Numbered from the whole stretch's first letter, positions 49,258 to 62,166 are shown. The stretch is 63,735 nucleotides of DNA, filler included, from Licmophora abbreviata (GCA_900291995.1; 30 parts of 30 records of this genome joined end to end with filler, not necessarily neighbours in it), one strand, 5' to 3'. Numbers and translations are program-made. The notes: generated from the letters alone by a model not told the origin.

Positions 49258-50013
49258 CGAGTTTCCTTACAGAAATGGCAACAGATCCTGGGGGAGCTCC
49301 GTTCAATGGCCCTCGCCGTCCCTGGGGCCCGAGGCCTCTTCAGCCATTTGCAGGAAGCCCTCAACTCACAGAAGAAGGGGCACATCCGCGTCTCCAAGCA
49401 CGTCCGAGCTACCCTCGATGATTTCCGCTGGCTCGCCTCCAGTCTTGAGACTCGCCCGACCCGATTGCGGGAGCTTGTGGCCACACCCCCGGTCGTCCAT
49501 GGGACCACCGACGCCAGCGGCCGCGGCCAAGGCGGCATCATCTTCCCACCGTCACGGGAGGTCCCACGCCGTCACCGCCATCCTACCGATACCCCGTTTG
49601 TCTGGCGGACACCATTTCCTACCGACGTCACGAACAAACTGGTCTCCTACACCAACCCCCAAGGTACCATCACCAACTCAGACCTGGAGTTGGCCGCCAC
49701 GGTCGTCCAACACGACCTCCTGGCCCAGCTCTACGACGTGCAAGAACGTACAGTACACACTGGTACTGACAACACGCCGGCTTTCCATTGGCACCGACGG
49801 GGCTCCATCTCCACCAACTCCGCCGCGGCCTATCTGCTTCGCCTCCAAGCCCTACACCAACGACACCACCGATATGTTCCTACACATTCATATCTTCCCG
49901 GTCCTCTCAACTCCATGGCTGACGATGCATCGCGGCTGTGGCACCTCTCTGACGACGACCTACTCACCCATTTTGATGCCCATTATCCGCAGCGCCTCCC
50001 GTGGCAGCTTTGA
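49258..50013 (+). mobile_element. pol: YR retrotransposon family A, RT thumb and RNase H
   Basis: TTDASG, NSDLELAA, TDNTPA and MADDASR; TGA at 50011-50013. Confidence 0.9.
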
Positions 50014-51149
50014 CACCCCACCTCACCGATGCTTTCCGCCACGATCTCAGCGCTGCGCAAGCAGCGGCCAGAGCCGGCATCGTTCCTTCAAGAGCCAGCG
50101 CCGCCGATTCCCACTGGCGTACCTGGACCACCTTCTGCCAGTCCCTCCACCTGGATCCTTCCCTCGCGGAAATCGAAGATCCTACCTCCATCCTCCAAGT
50201 CTATATGCAACGGTATCGGACTGGAGCGATTGCCCCCCGTCACCAGCCAGTCCGCGCTCGAACAGTGGAGGACTCCCTCCGCGCGGTTGGCCAAACCTTT
50301 GCGTCCATGGGGGCCAACGACCCCCGCCTCAACACTTTCGGCAAGATTGACTTCCGGCTTCAACGCCAACTAGCCGGATACAAACGTCAGGACCCACCGC
50401 CTGACCGCGTCAAGCCAATCCCGCTACAAATCCTCCGCCATGCCTTAGCTGTCGCCTTCGCCAACCACTCCATCGGCAACCAAGCGACCGCAGACATGAT
50501 TGTCCTGGCCTTCTTCTTCCTCCTCAGGCCAGGCGAATACACAGGTGCTCCCTCCGACACGACACCTTTCCGACTCCAAGACGTCCAGTTCTGGATTGGC
50601 CGCCAACGACTCCAAGCGACAACCATCCCCGTGGCCGACCTTCCCCGCGTTACCTTTGCCACGCTCACCTTCACTACACAGAAGAACGGTGTGCGCAACG
50701 AGGTCATCGGCCTCGGTCGCAGCGGCGAGCCACTTCTGTGTCCCATCCTCGCCCTCACCCGTCGCGTCGCTCATCTTCGCCAATCCACAGCCTCACTTGA
50801 TACACCTCTGGCGACCTACTTCGAACAAGGTCGCCGCCACCCCGTCGCCCCCAAGGACATCACTGCAGCCCTCCGTACCAGTACAACTGTGGTGGGTCCA
50901 TCCGTGGGTTTCCTTCCTACCGACATCTCCGCGCGCTCCTTACGAGCAGGCGGCGCCATGGCCCTCCTCTGTGCTGACGTTGACACCAGCCGGATCCGCC
51001 TTATTGGCCGCTGGCGTAGCGACGAGATGCTCCGATACCTTCACGTCCAAGCTGAACCTCTCATGCGTGACTTCGCCCGACGCATGCTCCAAGGCGGCTC
51101 CTTTACTCTACTTCCAAATCAACAGGTTCCTATTAATCCTGTTCTTTGA
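49993..51149 (+). CDS. Tyrosine recombinase of YR retrotransposon family A (second copy)
   Basis: Same motifs as 5398-6554; colinear. Confidence 0.93.
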
Positions 51150-51259
51150 CTACATCAAACCACACTACACTACAAAAAAAACATCACAAATCTCCCGCTG
51201 CTAGCGACACGCGCTGCAGCACCCACCCTCCCGAATACACTGGCCTACATCCAGCATGT

Positions 51260-51745
51260 GGTGCAGCTACCTGGCACTACGGTCAGGTAGCTAGGTGGTG
51301 GCGCATACGCCATCGTAAATCTCCGATTACCACCATGTGCGTCCTTCCTCTCTAACTAGCAGGTATGCACCTATCACGCGCGTTACGCGCGAACATGCCT
51401 AGATTGAGGTCGGACGAGGGAACACGGACTAGCCGAAGCGGCGTGAGCCGCTGTAGGCTGGGAAGTGGCACCGAGCAGGCCGGCAGCCTCGGGCGGGTCT
51501 TGGGAAGGGCAATAGTCCCAACGCATTAGCGATTGGGAATTATGCCTCACCAACACCCTCGGTGATTGAAAGTGTGAAAAGCACTCATTCTTTGCCGGCT
51601 CAAGACGGAGCCGAGTGTCGAGACGGAGGAACTGTGTACGACGGTTCCTCTCTCCTAGAATAATTTTTAAGTGCCCACCCGCATCCACCCGGTGCAGCTA
51701 CCTGGCACTACGGTCAGGTAGCTAGGTGATGGCGTATTACGCCAT
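51260..51745 (+). repeat. 3' terminal split-direct-repeat region (B1 51260-51313, B2 51691-51745)
   Basis: GGTGCAGCTACCTGGCACTACGGTCAGGTAGCTAGGTG.TGGCG..TACGCCAT twice, 377 bp apart. Confidence 0.85.
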
Positions 51746-51845
51746 NNNNNNNNNNNNNNNNNNNNNNNNNNNNNNNNNNNNNNNNNNNNTTAATTAATTA
51801 ANNNNNNNNNNNNNNNNNNNNNNNNNNNNNNNNNNNNNNNNNNNN

Positions 51846-54249
51846 TGACGTGAACCCATCCAATATCGTTGACATGGATCGCGAGGATCAAGCCTTCACT
51901 GACGAACTTAATCGTGTCATCGACAATTCGGAGATAAGGCATGCGGACGCCGATGTTGGTGACATTACCGGCGAGCAAGACGCGTATCTCAATATGGAGT
52001 TGGGGCTACCTCGCGGTGATGATGATGCTCTCGTCCACGCTCGGGTTACGAAAAGGATGAAAGACGACGAGGGAAACCCGATTGGATTGTCTAACGCCAA
52101 CCCACTTTTGGATTCGAGACAATACGAAGTCACTTTCCACGACGGTCATATCGAAACGCTGGCCGCGAATGTGATTGCCGAGAACTTACTGGCACAGGTT
52201 GACGAAGAAGGATGACGGCAGCAGATGCTCGCCGAAATAGTAGACCATCGGGTACTCGCTGACGCTATCACGAAGGAGCAGGGAGTTTACAAGAACAAGC
52301 ACGGAGTCACCTGCAAGGTCAAGACGACCAAAGGATGGGAAGTTTTAGTACAGTGGAAGGATGGATCCACAGACTGGATTAGCTTGAAGGATATGAAGGA
52401 CTCCTACCCTGTCTTCCTTGCACGTTATGCTCGAGACAATGGAATCGTTGATGAACCTGCCTTTGCTTGGTGGGTCCCCTATACGTTGAAGAAGGAGAAG
52501 CGCATATTGGCCAAGATCAAAACGAAATATTGGTCGCGCACACACAAGTATGGTATTCGTGTACCAAAGAACATGAAGGAAGCGAAAGAAATCGATGATG
52601 AGAATGGTGACACCCTGTGGATGGACGCCATTCGTATGGAGATGAAGAACAATCGAATCGCCTTCGTGGAGGTTGAGAACCCGGACGAACTTGTGGGTTA
52701 CGCGGAGATTACTGGACACCTCGTCTTCGACATTAAGCTTGGAGAGAACTTCCGGCGAAAAGCGAGGTTTTGCGCAGACGGACACAAGACTGGTGCACCC
52801 TCATCGGTTACATATAGTACTGTTGTATCAAGAGATTCGGTACGGATAGTCTTATTGCTCGCGGCTCTCAATGGGCTCGAAGTCCTCGGCGCCGATATAC
52901 AGAATGCATTCCTCACAGCACCGAACAAAGAACGAGTTTGGATAAAGGCTGGACCCGAGTTTGGGTCGGAAGAGGGGAAGTGTTTCATTGTAGCCCGTGC
53001 GCTATACGGGTTGAAGTCTGCGGGTTTCAGTTTCAGATCATACGCTGCACAGGCCTTAGATGGGATGGGCTTCCGATCGACTACTGCTGATCCTGATGTA
53101 TGGATACGGCCTGCTGTCAAGCCGGATGGTGAAGAATACTATGAGTACGTGATGATGTATGTGGATGATATGATTGCTGTATCGATAGATTCGAGGCATA
53201 TATTGGAAGAGTTCCAAGCACAGGAGTTTAAGTTCAAAAAACGATGAGATAGCGGAACCGAAGCACTACTTAGGAGCGCGCTTGGAGTGCAAGGACATCA
53301 ATGAATTTCGATGCTGGACGATCAGTAGTCTGGATTATGTCAAGGCTGCAGTAGCCAATGTTGAGAAGAAACTCATGAAGAACGGGAAACGACTACCGAT
53401 GAAGGTCCACACGCCAATGAATCAATCTTATGTACCGGAGATGGATGGCACTCCGGAGTTGGATGCTGATGATACGACGTACTTCCAAGAACTGATAGGA
53501 GTACTTAGATGGGCCACTGAATTGGGACGAGTCGATGTACTGCTTGAGGTGTCATTACTATCACAGTACCAGGCCTCTCCTCGTGAGGGACACATGGAGC
53601 AACTATTGCGTATATTTGCATACCTCAAGAAGAACCCAAAGCTGACGTTGTACATGAATCCTGAGTTGCCCAGAGTCGATTATTCTGAATTCCGAACTCG
53701 TCGAGATGACTTTGCTGAACAGTACCGCGATGCGACAGAAGAGATGCCTCATAGGATGCCCAAAGCGAGGGGACGACCTGTGTCTATCACTGCCTTCGCT
53801 GATGCGTCGCATGGTGCGAACAAGAAAACACGTAAGTCACATACTGGATTTGTCATATTTGTCAATCGAGCACCGATAACTTGGTACAGTAAGCGACAGT
53901 CGACCGTCGAGGCAAGTACATTCTCATCGGAGTTTATCGCAATGAAGACGTGTGTCGAAACCATAGAGAACTTGCGTTTCAAGTTGAGGATGTTCGGTGT
54001 TCCTCTTGATCAAGGGGAACCGTCGCAAGTATACTGTGACAATGAAAGTGTCGTAAACAATTCAACGAAGGTGGAATCGCGTTTGAACAAGAAACATTCA
54101 GCCATCGCTTATCATTATGTTCGATGGTGTGTGGCTGCTGGGATCATATGGTTGCATGGATTGATACGCATGAGAACTTAGCGGATGCTTTCACGAAGCG
54201 CTTACCAGTCGAGACACGCGATTACCTGTTTGGTAACTGGACTTATTAG
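51846..54249 (+). pseudogene. pol: Ty1/copia (CoDi-like) pol (chromo-like domain, RT, RNase H) with a stop at 52213 and frameshifts; PPT near 54292-54298
   Basis: RKARFCADG, DIQNAFL, YVDDMI, FADASHG and NLADAFTK. Confidence 0.92.
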
Positions 54250-54409
54250 TTTGTATGAGGCGAATTGATCGCCATGGTTGTCTCTCAATTCGAGGGGACC
54301 AAGTAAACGNNNNNNNNNNNNNNNNNNNNNNNNNNNNNNNNNNNNNNNNNNNNTTAATTAATTAANNNNNNNNNNNNNNNNNNNNNNNNNNNNNNNNNNN
54401 NNNNNNNNN

Positions 54410-55651
54410 AAAACTTATTCATCCGAAAGCTTCTGAATGGATACTAAATGCAGATATTGCTAAATGCTTTGATCGAATTAATCACGATTTCTTGTTACGG
54501 TCAGTTCCTGTTTATCGAAAAGTCGATCGTAACGTGTTAAGGAAGATGTTAAAAGCGAAAGTAATAGACATGAGCAATGTTATTAATCCAGAAATGGGTA
54601 CTCCGCAGGGTAGTATTTTATCGCCTGTGTTGTGTAATGTTGCTCTAAATGGGTTAGAAGATATGGTAAAAACGAAATCGATTGAACTCTGTGTACCAAT
54701 ATTGGGATATAGGGGAAACCCTAAAGTTCATGTGGTCAGGTATGCAGACGATTTCATCGTTATCGGACCTTCTAAGAATATGCTTAAAGCTTTAAGACCT
54801 TATATTGAGAGCTTTTTAGCTGAACGAGGACTAGAGATCTCCAAAGCTAAAAGTTCGTTGTTTAATTTAAGGAAGCAAGAGTTCGAATTTTTGGGCTTTT
54901 CCTTTGACAAGAAAAGATTCAACTATAAGAAACGTTCTGAAGTTTCCTGGGCAAAGCGAAGTTATAAGTCTACATCTCGCGTTATAATCAAGCCCTCCAA
55001 GAATAACCTAGGGAAATTCAAAAACAAAGTTCGTGACATAATTGGAAGCCATACTGATTTGTCCGCTCTTGTCTTAAAACTTAATGAGTACTTTTGCGTG
55101 GTTGGCAATGTATTTTGCTACGACTGGAGACAGTGCCGAGTGTGTTCGAAAATTGCATAGATTCGTTTTATGGCGATGCTGGGATAAAGTTGTAAGACTT
55201 TTCCCATGTACACCCAGAAAGACGATTCGAAAACGATTTTTCCCTAAACATAGATTTTACCAACTCGGGCGGTATGTAGAACGTTCCTGGGTTTTCAGTG
55301 TTCCAACTAAATTGGAGTGTCCATCGGTAAAAGATGCTAAGCTAAGGCACTATAATCTTGACTCTATCAGGGCTCCTGGTAAAGCGACTATACCTTTAGG
55401 ACTGAATGCGTACGAAAAAGCAGATCGTACCAAATTGGAAAAACGTATTTTATATACGAATTTCCCTTCTGGTACGATTGAAAAAATATGTAAACGACAG
55501 AAATTTATTTGTCCTGCTTGTGGACAGAGTCTTTGCAATGGTGAAAAGGTAGAGGTTCATCACTTGCCTAGCTTAAAAGATCTTCGATTACGTGCTACTC
55601 CAAATGCGCAGGTAAAACTCGTAGTTCTTCATAAGTTATGTCACTCACAAG
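54410..55651 (+). mobile_element. Group II intron-encoded RT/maturase/HNH protein, partial, one frameshift near 55095 (organellar, AT-rich)
   Basis: ADIAKCFDRINH, GTPQGSILSP, RYADDF, FLGF and CPAC..EVHH..LHKLCH. Confidence 0.92.
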
Positions 55652-55751
55652 NNNNNNNNNNNNNNNNNNNNNNNNNNNNNNNNNNNNNNNNNNNNTTAAT
55701 TAATTAANNNNNNNNNNNNNNNNNNNNNNNNNNNNNNNNNNNNNNNNNNNN

Positions 55752-56388
55752 AGTTAAGAATACAAGAGGAGTAACTCAAAATTTTAGATTAATTACTCGT
55801 CCTTCTAGAGAGGCTATAGCCAATCATAAAAGAGCTATAAGTATTATGTTAATTGAACTTAGAGGTGCTCCACTGGGTCGTGTCATTGAACGCTTATCAT
55901 TGCGGATAAAAGGATGGACTTGGTATCATTCAGTTACCCAATCGACTAGAACGTTCTCTAAGTTAGATGAATGGTTGTGGAATAAATTGTGGGTATGGGC
56001 TAAGCGGCGCTACCGTGGTGTTAAGAGAGCCAAGCAGAAATGCTTTAATGTAAAAGGTTGGAACTTTGGTTATGTTACTGAAGATGAAAGAACTTTTATA
56101 TTGGATAGACATGATAAAACAAAGGTTAGAAAGTTTGTTAAAATTAAAGCTAATGCCTCTTTCTATGATGGAGACTTGGTTTATTTCTCAAGACGTCTTT
56201 CCTTTAGCAACCCTCGAATTAAAAGTTTACGAAATCTAATTAATAAACAAAAATATTTGTGTTCTCACTGTGGTTCACTGTTACTTCCTGGTGAAGTTAT
56301 TGAATTACATCACTTAAAAGATGAAAATACAGGAGAAATTCGTTTTGTACACGGACATTGTCACGATGATATTCACTCAACCCATTAA
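55752..56388 (+). CDS. Group II intron-encoded protein C-terminus (domain X and HNH)
   Basis: IKGWTWYH..LWVWAKRR and CSHCG..IELHH..VHGHCHD. Confidence 0.9.
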
Positions 56389-56422
56389 ATCTTTTTGGCA
56401 AAGTAAGATTACTGACCAGTAG

Positions 56423-56501
56423 GAGCCGTATGAGTGAAGATGCTCACGTACGGTTTTGGACCAGAGGGGTGAGGCTGGTAACAGTCCCTCGACTGGGCCA
56501 T
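56423..56501 (+). ncRNA. Group II intron domains V and VI and 3' splice site
   Basis: GAGCCGTATGAGTGAAGATGCTCACGTACGGTTT (domain V); CCAG..TCGaCTGG stem with bulged A; ends in AY. Confidence 0.92.
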
Positions 56502-56602
56502 TATCGCATCCTGGAGCTGTAAGTGGTTCCAAGGGTCTGGCTGTTCGCCAAGTAACGCGGTACATGATCTGAGTTTAGAACGTCGTGAGACAGTTTGGTC
56601 CC
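56502..56602 (+). rRNA. rnl: 101-nt exon of organellar (probably mitochondrial) LSU rRNA, peptidyl-transferase region
   Basis: CATCCTGG..CCAAGGG..GGCTGTTCGCC..TTTAGAACGTCGTGAGACAGTTTGGTCCC matches 23S domain V, about E. coli 2512-2612. Confidence 0.93.
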
Positions 56603-56971
56603 GTGCGAAGTGCTGTATTTAAAGGGTTGTAATGAAATAAAGATTCGTAGAAATGCCTGCCGAAGAAATAGAAATACTATCTGAGGTAGAACTGAGTTTT
56701 GAATGTAGACTAATAACCTACCCGCATATTAGTTGGCGGAAAGCGTATAAAGATCCTACTTGATAGGATTGCCCGGAGGAAGAGTTTGGCAAACTTAAGT
56801 GTCCAAGCAGGGCATAAAAGCCGGTGAAATGCGGATCATGGGTGTGGCATTTGTAGAAGGCGAGCTTATTGAATTATATTCCCATGGTTTTGTTATGGGT
56901 GGGGTAGAGAACACTCCAGGATCTTTTGATCAACGAACGCTGTCCTCAGCTGAAATCTATCTTCGGATAGG
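56603..56971 (+). ncRNA. 5' part (domain I) of a second group II intron
   Basis: rRNA similarity stops exactly at GTGCG, the GUGYG consensus. Confidence 0.85.
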
Positions 56972-57071
56972 NNNNNNNNNNNNNNNNNNNNNNNNNNNNN
57001 NNNNNNNNNNNNNNNTTAATTAATTAANNNNNNNNNNNNNNNNNNNNNNNNNNNNNNNNNNNNNNNNNNNN

Positions 57072-59525
57072 AGGCAATCATCGACCACTACCAAGCGAGA
57101 GGTTTTAACGTTACCCGTTTTCATACGGATGGTGAGTTTGAATGCATTCGTACTGACATTCTACCAGCGATTCTCAATGTGACCGCCGCAGACGATCATG
57201 TTGGAGAGGTTGAAAGGTCCATTCGTACGATCAAAGAACGCACCCGCACCACCATCCATGGGCTTCCATACAGACGTCTACCTGCACTACTGATTAAGGA
57301 AGTAGTGAAGCATGCAGTCAAGAATCTCAACCTTTTCCCAGCGAAGAACGGCATTTCAACGACTCTCAGCCCCCGAAACATCGTCACCGGATTACCAAAC
57401 CCCGACTACAATAAGATGAAGCTCGAGTTCGGTTCATACGTTCAAGTCTTTGAAGACAACAACCCGTCCCCCGGCACCAATTCGACCGCCACGCGCATGA
57501 CCGGCGCCATAGCACTCAATCCCACAGGTAACGAACAGGGCGATTATTTCTTTATGTCGCTCACCACCGGCGCGCGCCTCAGCAGGCGACAATGGACAGT
57601 GCTTCCCATCACCGCCGAGGTGATCAGAACAGTGGAGGCCATGGCAGCCGCACAAGGACAGCCCCGAATTCACGGTGGCGTCATGAAATATGAGTGGAGA
57701 CCGGCCATTCCAGTCGAGGACGACGAACAACCGGCAGATGAACATGATGACCTCGATGAGGAAGCCGATGACGATCCGGTCGACACAGAGGCAGTGGAGT
57801 TCCCAGCAACAGACGATGTCGCGGAAGATACCATTTTCGACGAAGACGAAGGAGCGCAAGTGCCGCCGGAAGCGGACATTTTCGACGAAGACGAAGGAGC
57901 AGAGGAAACCATTTTCGACGGTAGTGATGGCGACAACGCAGACGACGAAGGAGCGCAGGAGCCTGTTTTCGACGACGCAGAAGAAGCCGATGACACGCTG
58001 GGAGCTGTCGACGAGGCCGTCCCAGACGAGGAGCAGGCACACACCGTTATTGTGGAAGAAGGTGTTGCTGACGGCCATGGGTACAATCTACGTGGCGACA
58101 GGGCGCGAAGCTACAGTCATCGATACGACCACCAAATTGGCAACCCAGCGAACACGGAGAGCAATTCCAGTGGAGTACAGCTACTTCAGAACGCCATACA
58201 TGAACTTCCAAACGATCCCCACTCCCTACGTACCCATGTTTTCAGTCAGGTTTTCACACAAATGTCGGCGAGTGCTGGTATAAAGAAACACGGACAGGAC
58301 GCGGTAGACGCCCTTTTCAAAGAATTTGCCCAACTCGATGACAAAGACGTTTTCGAACCAATGGACGCTACCATTTTAACAAGCGACGAAAAGAAAGACG
58401 CCCTGCGAGCAGTCAACCTGATTAAGGAGAAACGGTCCGGGAAGCTGAAAGGGCGCACGTGCGCGGACGGGAGACCCCAACGCACCCTCTATACCAGAGC
58501 CGAGACGACCTCCCCGACCATATCGACAGATGCTCTCATGATCTCCCTGATGATTGACGGTCTGGAGAAGCGCGATGTCGCCACCGCAGATGTGGTGGGT
58601 GCGTATTTACATGCAGACATGGAGGATTTCGTTTTGATGCGACTCACCGGTGCCGCGGTGGACATCATGTGCGATGTGAACCAAAAATATGTCCCATTCG
58701 TCACTACCGAGAACGGGAAGCGCGTCCTTTACGTGCGGCTTCTAAAAGCTTTGTATGGATGCGTCAAATCTGCGTTGCTCTGGTATGATTTGTTCGTGAC
58801 CACACTGAAAGGTAGAGGTTTCGTGATCAACCCATATGATCCGTGTGTGGCAAATTGCACCATAAACGGCAAACAGTGTACCATCGGATGGTACGTCGAC
58901 GACAACAAGATATCACATGTGGACCCGGCCGTCGTTACAGAAATCATCGAATTGATCGAATCGCGTTTTGGAAAAATGACTGTCACCCGAGGTAAGCAAC
59001 ACACGTTCCTGGGTATGGACATCACTTTTAACGACGATGCCAGTGTCACAATCACCATGAAGGACTACATCCGTGAGGCCGTGAGCGATTTTGGCGAAGA
59101 TGTATCGAGGCCCGCCGCGACGCCCGCTGGCAAGGACCTGTTTGAGATCGAAGAGACCGCTGAACCCCTGGAGAAGACCAGGAGCGAGTTGTTCCACAGT
59201 ATCGTCGCGAAACTGCTGTATGTTTCGCAGCGTGGCCGTAGCGACATTTCGCCGACAATCGCTTTCCTTTGCACGAGAGTGTCCCGCAGCACTGACCAGG
59301 ATTGGAGAAAGCTGAAGCGTCTACTACAGTACCTGAACAACACCATTGACCTTGCTTGCACCATTGCAGCTGACAACCTATCGAGCCTAATGACATGGGT
59401 GGATGCATCCTATGCTGTACACGACGACATGAAGAGTCATACTGGCGGTGCATTCTCTCTCGGCCGTGGCGCGATTATGTGTAAGTCCACCAAACAGAAA
59501 TTGAATACGAAGAGCTCGACTGAAG
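57072..59525 (+). mobile_element. pol: Ty1/copia (CoDi-like) pol: integrase, acidic repeat linker, RT, start of RNase H
   Basis: HVGEVERSIRTIKER, LYGCVKSA, YVDDNK and WVDASYAVH. Confidence 0.96.
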
Positions 59526-59625
59526 NNNNNNNNNNNNNNNNNNNNNNNNNNNNNNNNNNNNNNNNNNNNTTAATTAATTAANNNNNNNNNNNNNNNNNNN
59601 NNNNNNNNNNNNNNNNNNNNNNNNN

Positions 59626-60142
59626 AGGATGATCATGTCAGCGATGGCTTGATTACCAGGGGAGTCGTCGTTAGCAAAGGCAATGTTCAGGACATGCCGG
59701 ATGATCTGGAGGGGGATAGGCTTGACCCGATCCGGTGGTGGATCGAGCCGTTTATAGCCCGCTAGTTGGCGCTGGAGGCGGAAGTCGAGTTTGCCATACG
59801 TGTTGAGCCGTGGGTCCGGGGCCCCCATGGACGCAAAGGCTTGGCCCACGGCGCGGATGGAGTCTTCCACCGTTCGAGCTCGGACCGGTTGGTGACGGGG
59901 CGCAATTTGCCCGATTCTATATCGGTGCATATAGACTTGGAGGATGGTAGTTGGATCTTGGAGCGCCGAGAGGGAAGGATCCAGCTGGAGGGACTGGCAA
60001 AACTGGGTCCAGGTGCGCCAGTGTGAGTCAGCGGCGGAGGCTCGTGAAGAAACGACGCCGGATCGGGCCGCTGCTTGCGCAGCGCGGAGGTCGTGGCGGA
60101 AAGCATTGACGACGTCGGATGGCAGAGCTGCCACGGACGGCG
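59626..60142 (-). CDS. Tyrosine recombinase N-terminal part (third family-A-like copy)
   Basis: ADSHWRTWTQFC..DPPPDRVKPIP homologous to the other copies. Confidence 0.9.
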
Positions 60143-62066
60143 CTGTGGATACAAAGAGTCAAAATGCGTGAGAAGTTCGCTGTCAGAGAGGTGCCAGAGC
60201 CGGGAAGCATCGTCCGCCATGGCGTTGAGGACGCCGGGGAGATAGGAGTGTGTTGGAATATAGCGATGATGTCGTTGGTGCAAAGCTTGTAGTCGTAGGA
60301 GGTAGGCCGCTGGTTCGTTGGTGGATACGGAGCCGCGGCGGTGCCAGAAGAAAGCTGGGGTGTTGTCGGTGCCAGTGTGGACGGTTCGCTCGCGCACATC
60401 GTAGTGCTGCGCGAGGAGATCGTGCTGGATGATCGTGGCGGTCAGCTCGAGGTCGGAGTTCGTGACGGTGCCGGTCGGGTTGTCGTATGTGACCAGACGG
60501 GAAGCGATGTCGGCTGGGAAGCGTGCACGCCAGACGAAAGGCGTGTCTTGATGGGAGTGGTGTCGTAGGCGTACGGCGGGGTCCGGCGGTAGGATGACGC
60601 CGCCTTGGCCTTGGCCGCTTGCGTCGGTCGTTCCATGGATGCAAGGATCGGTGGCCACCAGTTCACGGAGGCGTGTCGGCCTTGATTGGAGGCTGGCGGC
60701 GAGCCAGCGAAAATCATCGAGGGTGGCATGGACGTGACGGGAGACGCGGATGCGACCGGATACGGGCTGGCGCAGCGCGGCCTGTAAATGACTGAACAGA
60801 CCGCGGGCTCCGGGAATCGCGAGGGCCATGGCGCGCAGCTCTCCCAAGACCTGGTGCCATTTCCGGAGTTGAACTCGTTTTTGCGTCGGTGGGATCGAGC
60901 GCAGGATCTCCCAAAGGCGCTCGACACGGTGTGGAGGTAGCTCGAGGGTGCCGGCCACGGTATCGATGAGCCACCCCAGTAGGACCTTGCGTGTGGCCCA
61001 GTGGCCATCCCCCTTGCGGAGTTTCTTGATGGAGATAGGCTCTTGACGCGTTGGCGGGTCATCAGGAGCGAGCGGTCGGAAAACCTGGTCGAGGGTGTGG
61101 AAAAGAATTCGCCGGATACGTCGTCGGCGTTTTCGGCCGCCCTGGGCAATGCCGCAAAAATCGTCGATGTAGACCTCGAACAGACCGAGCGGTCGGCGAT
61201 GCTTGGCGGTGGGAAGGGAGTCGCTACTTTCCAGTGGGACAGCTGAGAGGTTGTCGCTTGGTGGCGCTGCTGCTTCGTCGGCTGGTTCTGTTTCGGCGAG
61301 ACGGTCAAGACGATGAGGCGGCGGGGAGGCGTTTCGATCGATGCTCTGATTGGCGACATCCGCGACGGTCTCGGTGGCGGCACAGAAGAAAGGGGGGCTG
61401 CTCACCCACCCCATGGGTAGCACGAGCGGGAAAGCCACCACATGCTCGCCTGCAATCTCGGATGGGAAGCTGACTCCGAGCTTGGGGATGTCGTCCGCCC
61501 GTAATTTAATACGATAGAAGCCGTCGGCAATGTCAATCTTGCATAGATGAACCGGCCCGTGTCTGGGGTCGGCGTTGACGATCGCCACTAGGAGTCGTTG
61601 GAACGCTTGGCCAAAGCGCATTGCTTCGGCTGGCGCGAGTCGTAGGGTATCATCGTTGACTCCGTGGAACGTGTAGTCAACGATGGTACGAGGTCGGCGG
61701 TCCCGTTGGGGGACTACACCGATGGGGCTGAGCCTCAGCCCGGGTAGCGCTTTAACCGCGTCGTACGGTAGCACTACCCATTGATGGCGGAGAATCATGT
61801 CCGCCATTTCTTGTCGGAGGAAGTCGGCGTGGTCGTGGGCCGACTTGTGGGGGCCGCGTAGGACGGCTGCGTGGATTCGATGGTGATCCCAGGGAGGCGT
61901 TGTAAATATGACAGGTGCTCCGGTCTTGGAGAGATACCGGAGTAATCCTGTGGCTGGGTGGTGGATGTTGAGAGCTCCGAAGTCGCCGTGGCTGCGGCGT
62001 TCAGTGACGAAAGATCGCCACCCTTGGCTAGCTAAAAGACGAGAATCTCTCAACATGTACTTACGT
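59762..62066 (-). mobile_element. pol: YR retrotransposon family A-like, intact RT-RNase H ORF
   Basis: 764-aa ORF with YIDD, TTDASG and MADDASR. Confidence 0.95.
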
Positions 62067-62166
62067 NNNNNNNNNNNNNNNNNNNNNNNNNNNNNNNNNN
62101 NNNNNNNNNNTTAATTAATTAANNNNNNNNNNNNNNNNNNNNNNNNNNNNNNNNNNNNNNNNNNNN

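Noticed and set aside
51355..51410. Hammerhead ribozyme in the YR 3' region
   Set aside because: Stems exist (AGGTATG/CATGCCT, CGCGCG/CGCGCG) but the CUGANGA and GAAA core is absent on both strands.
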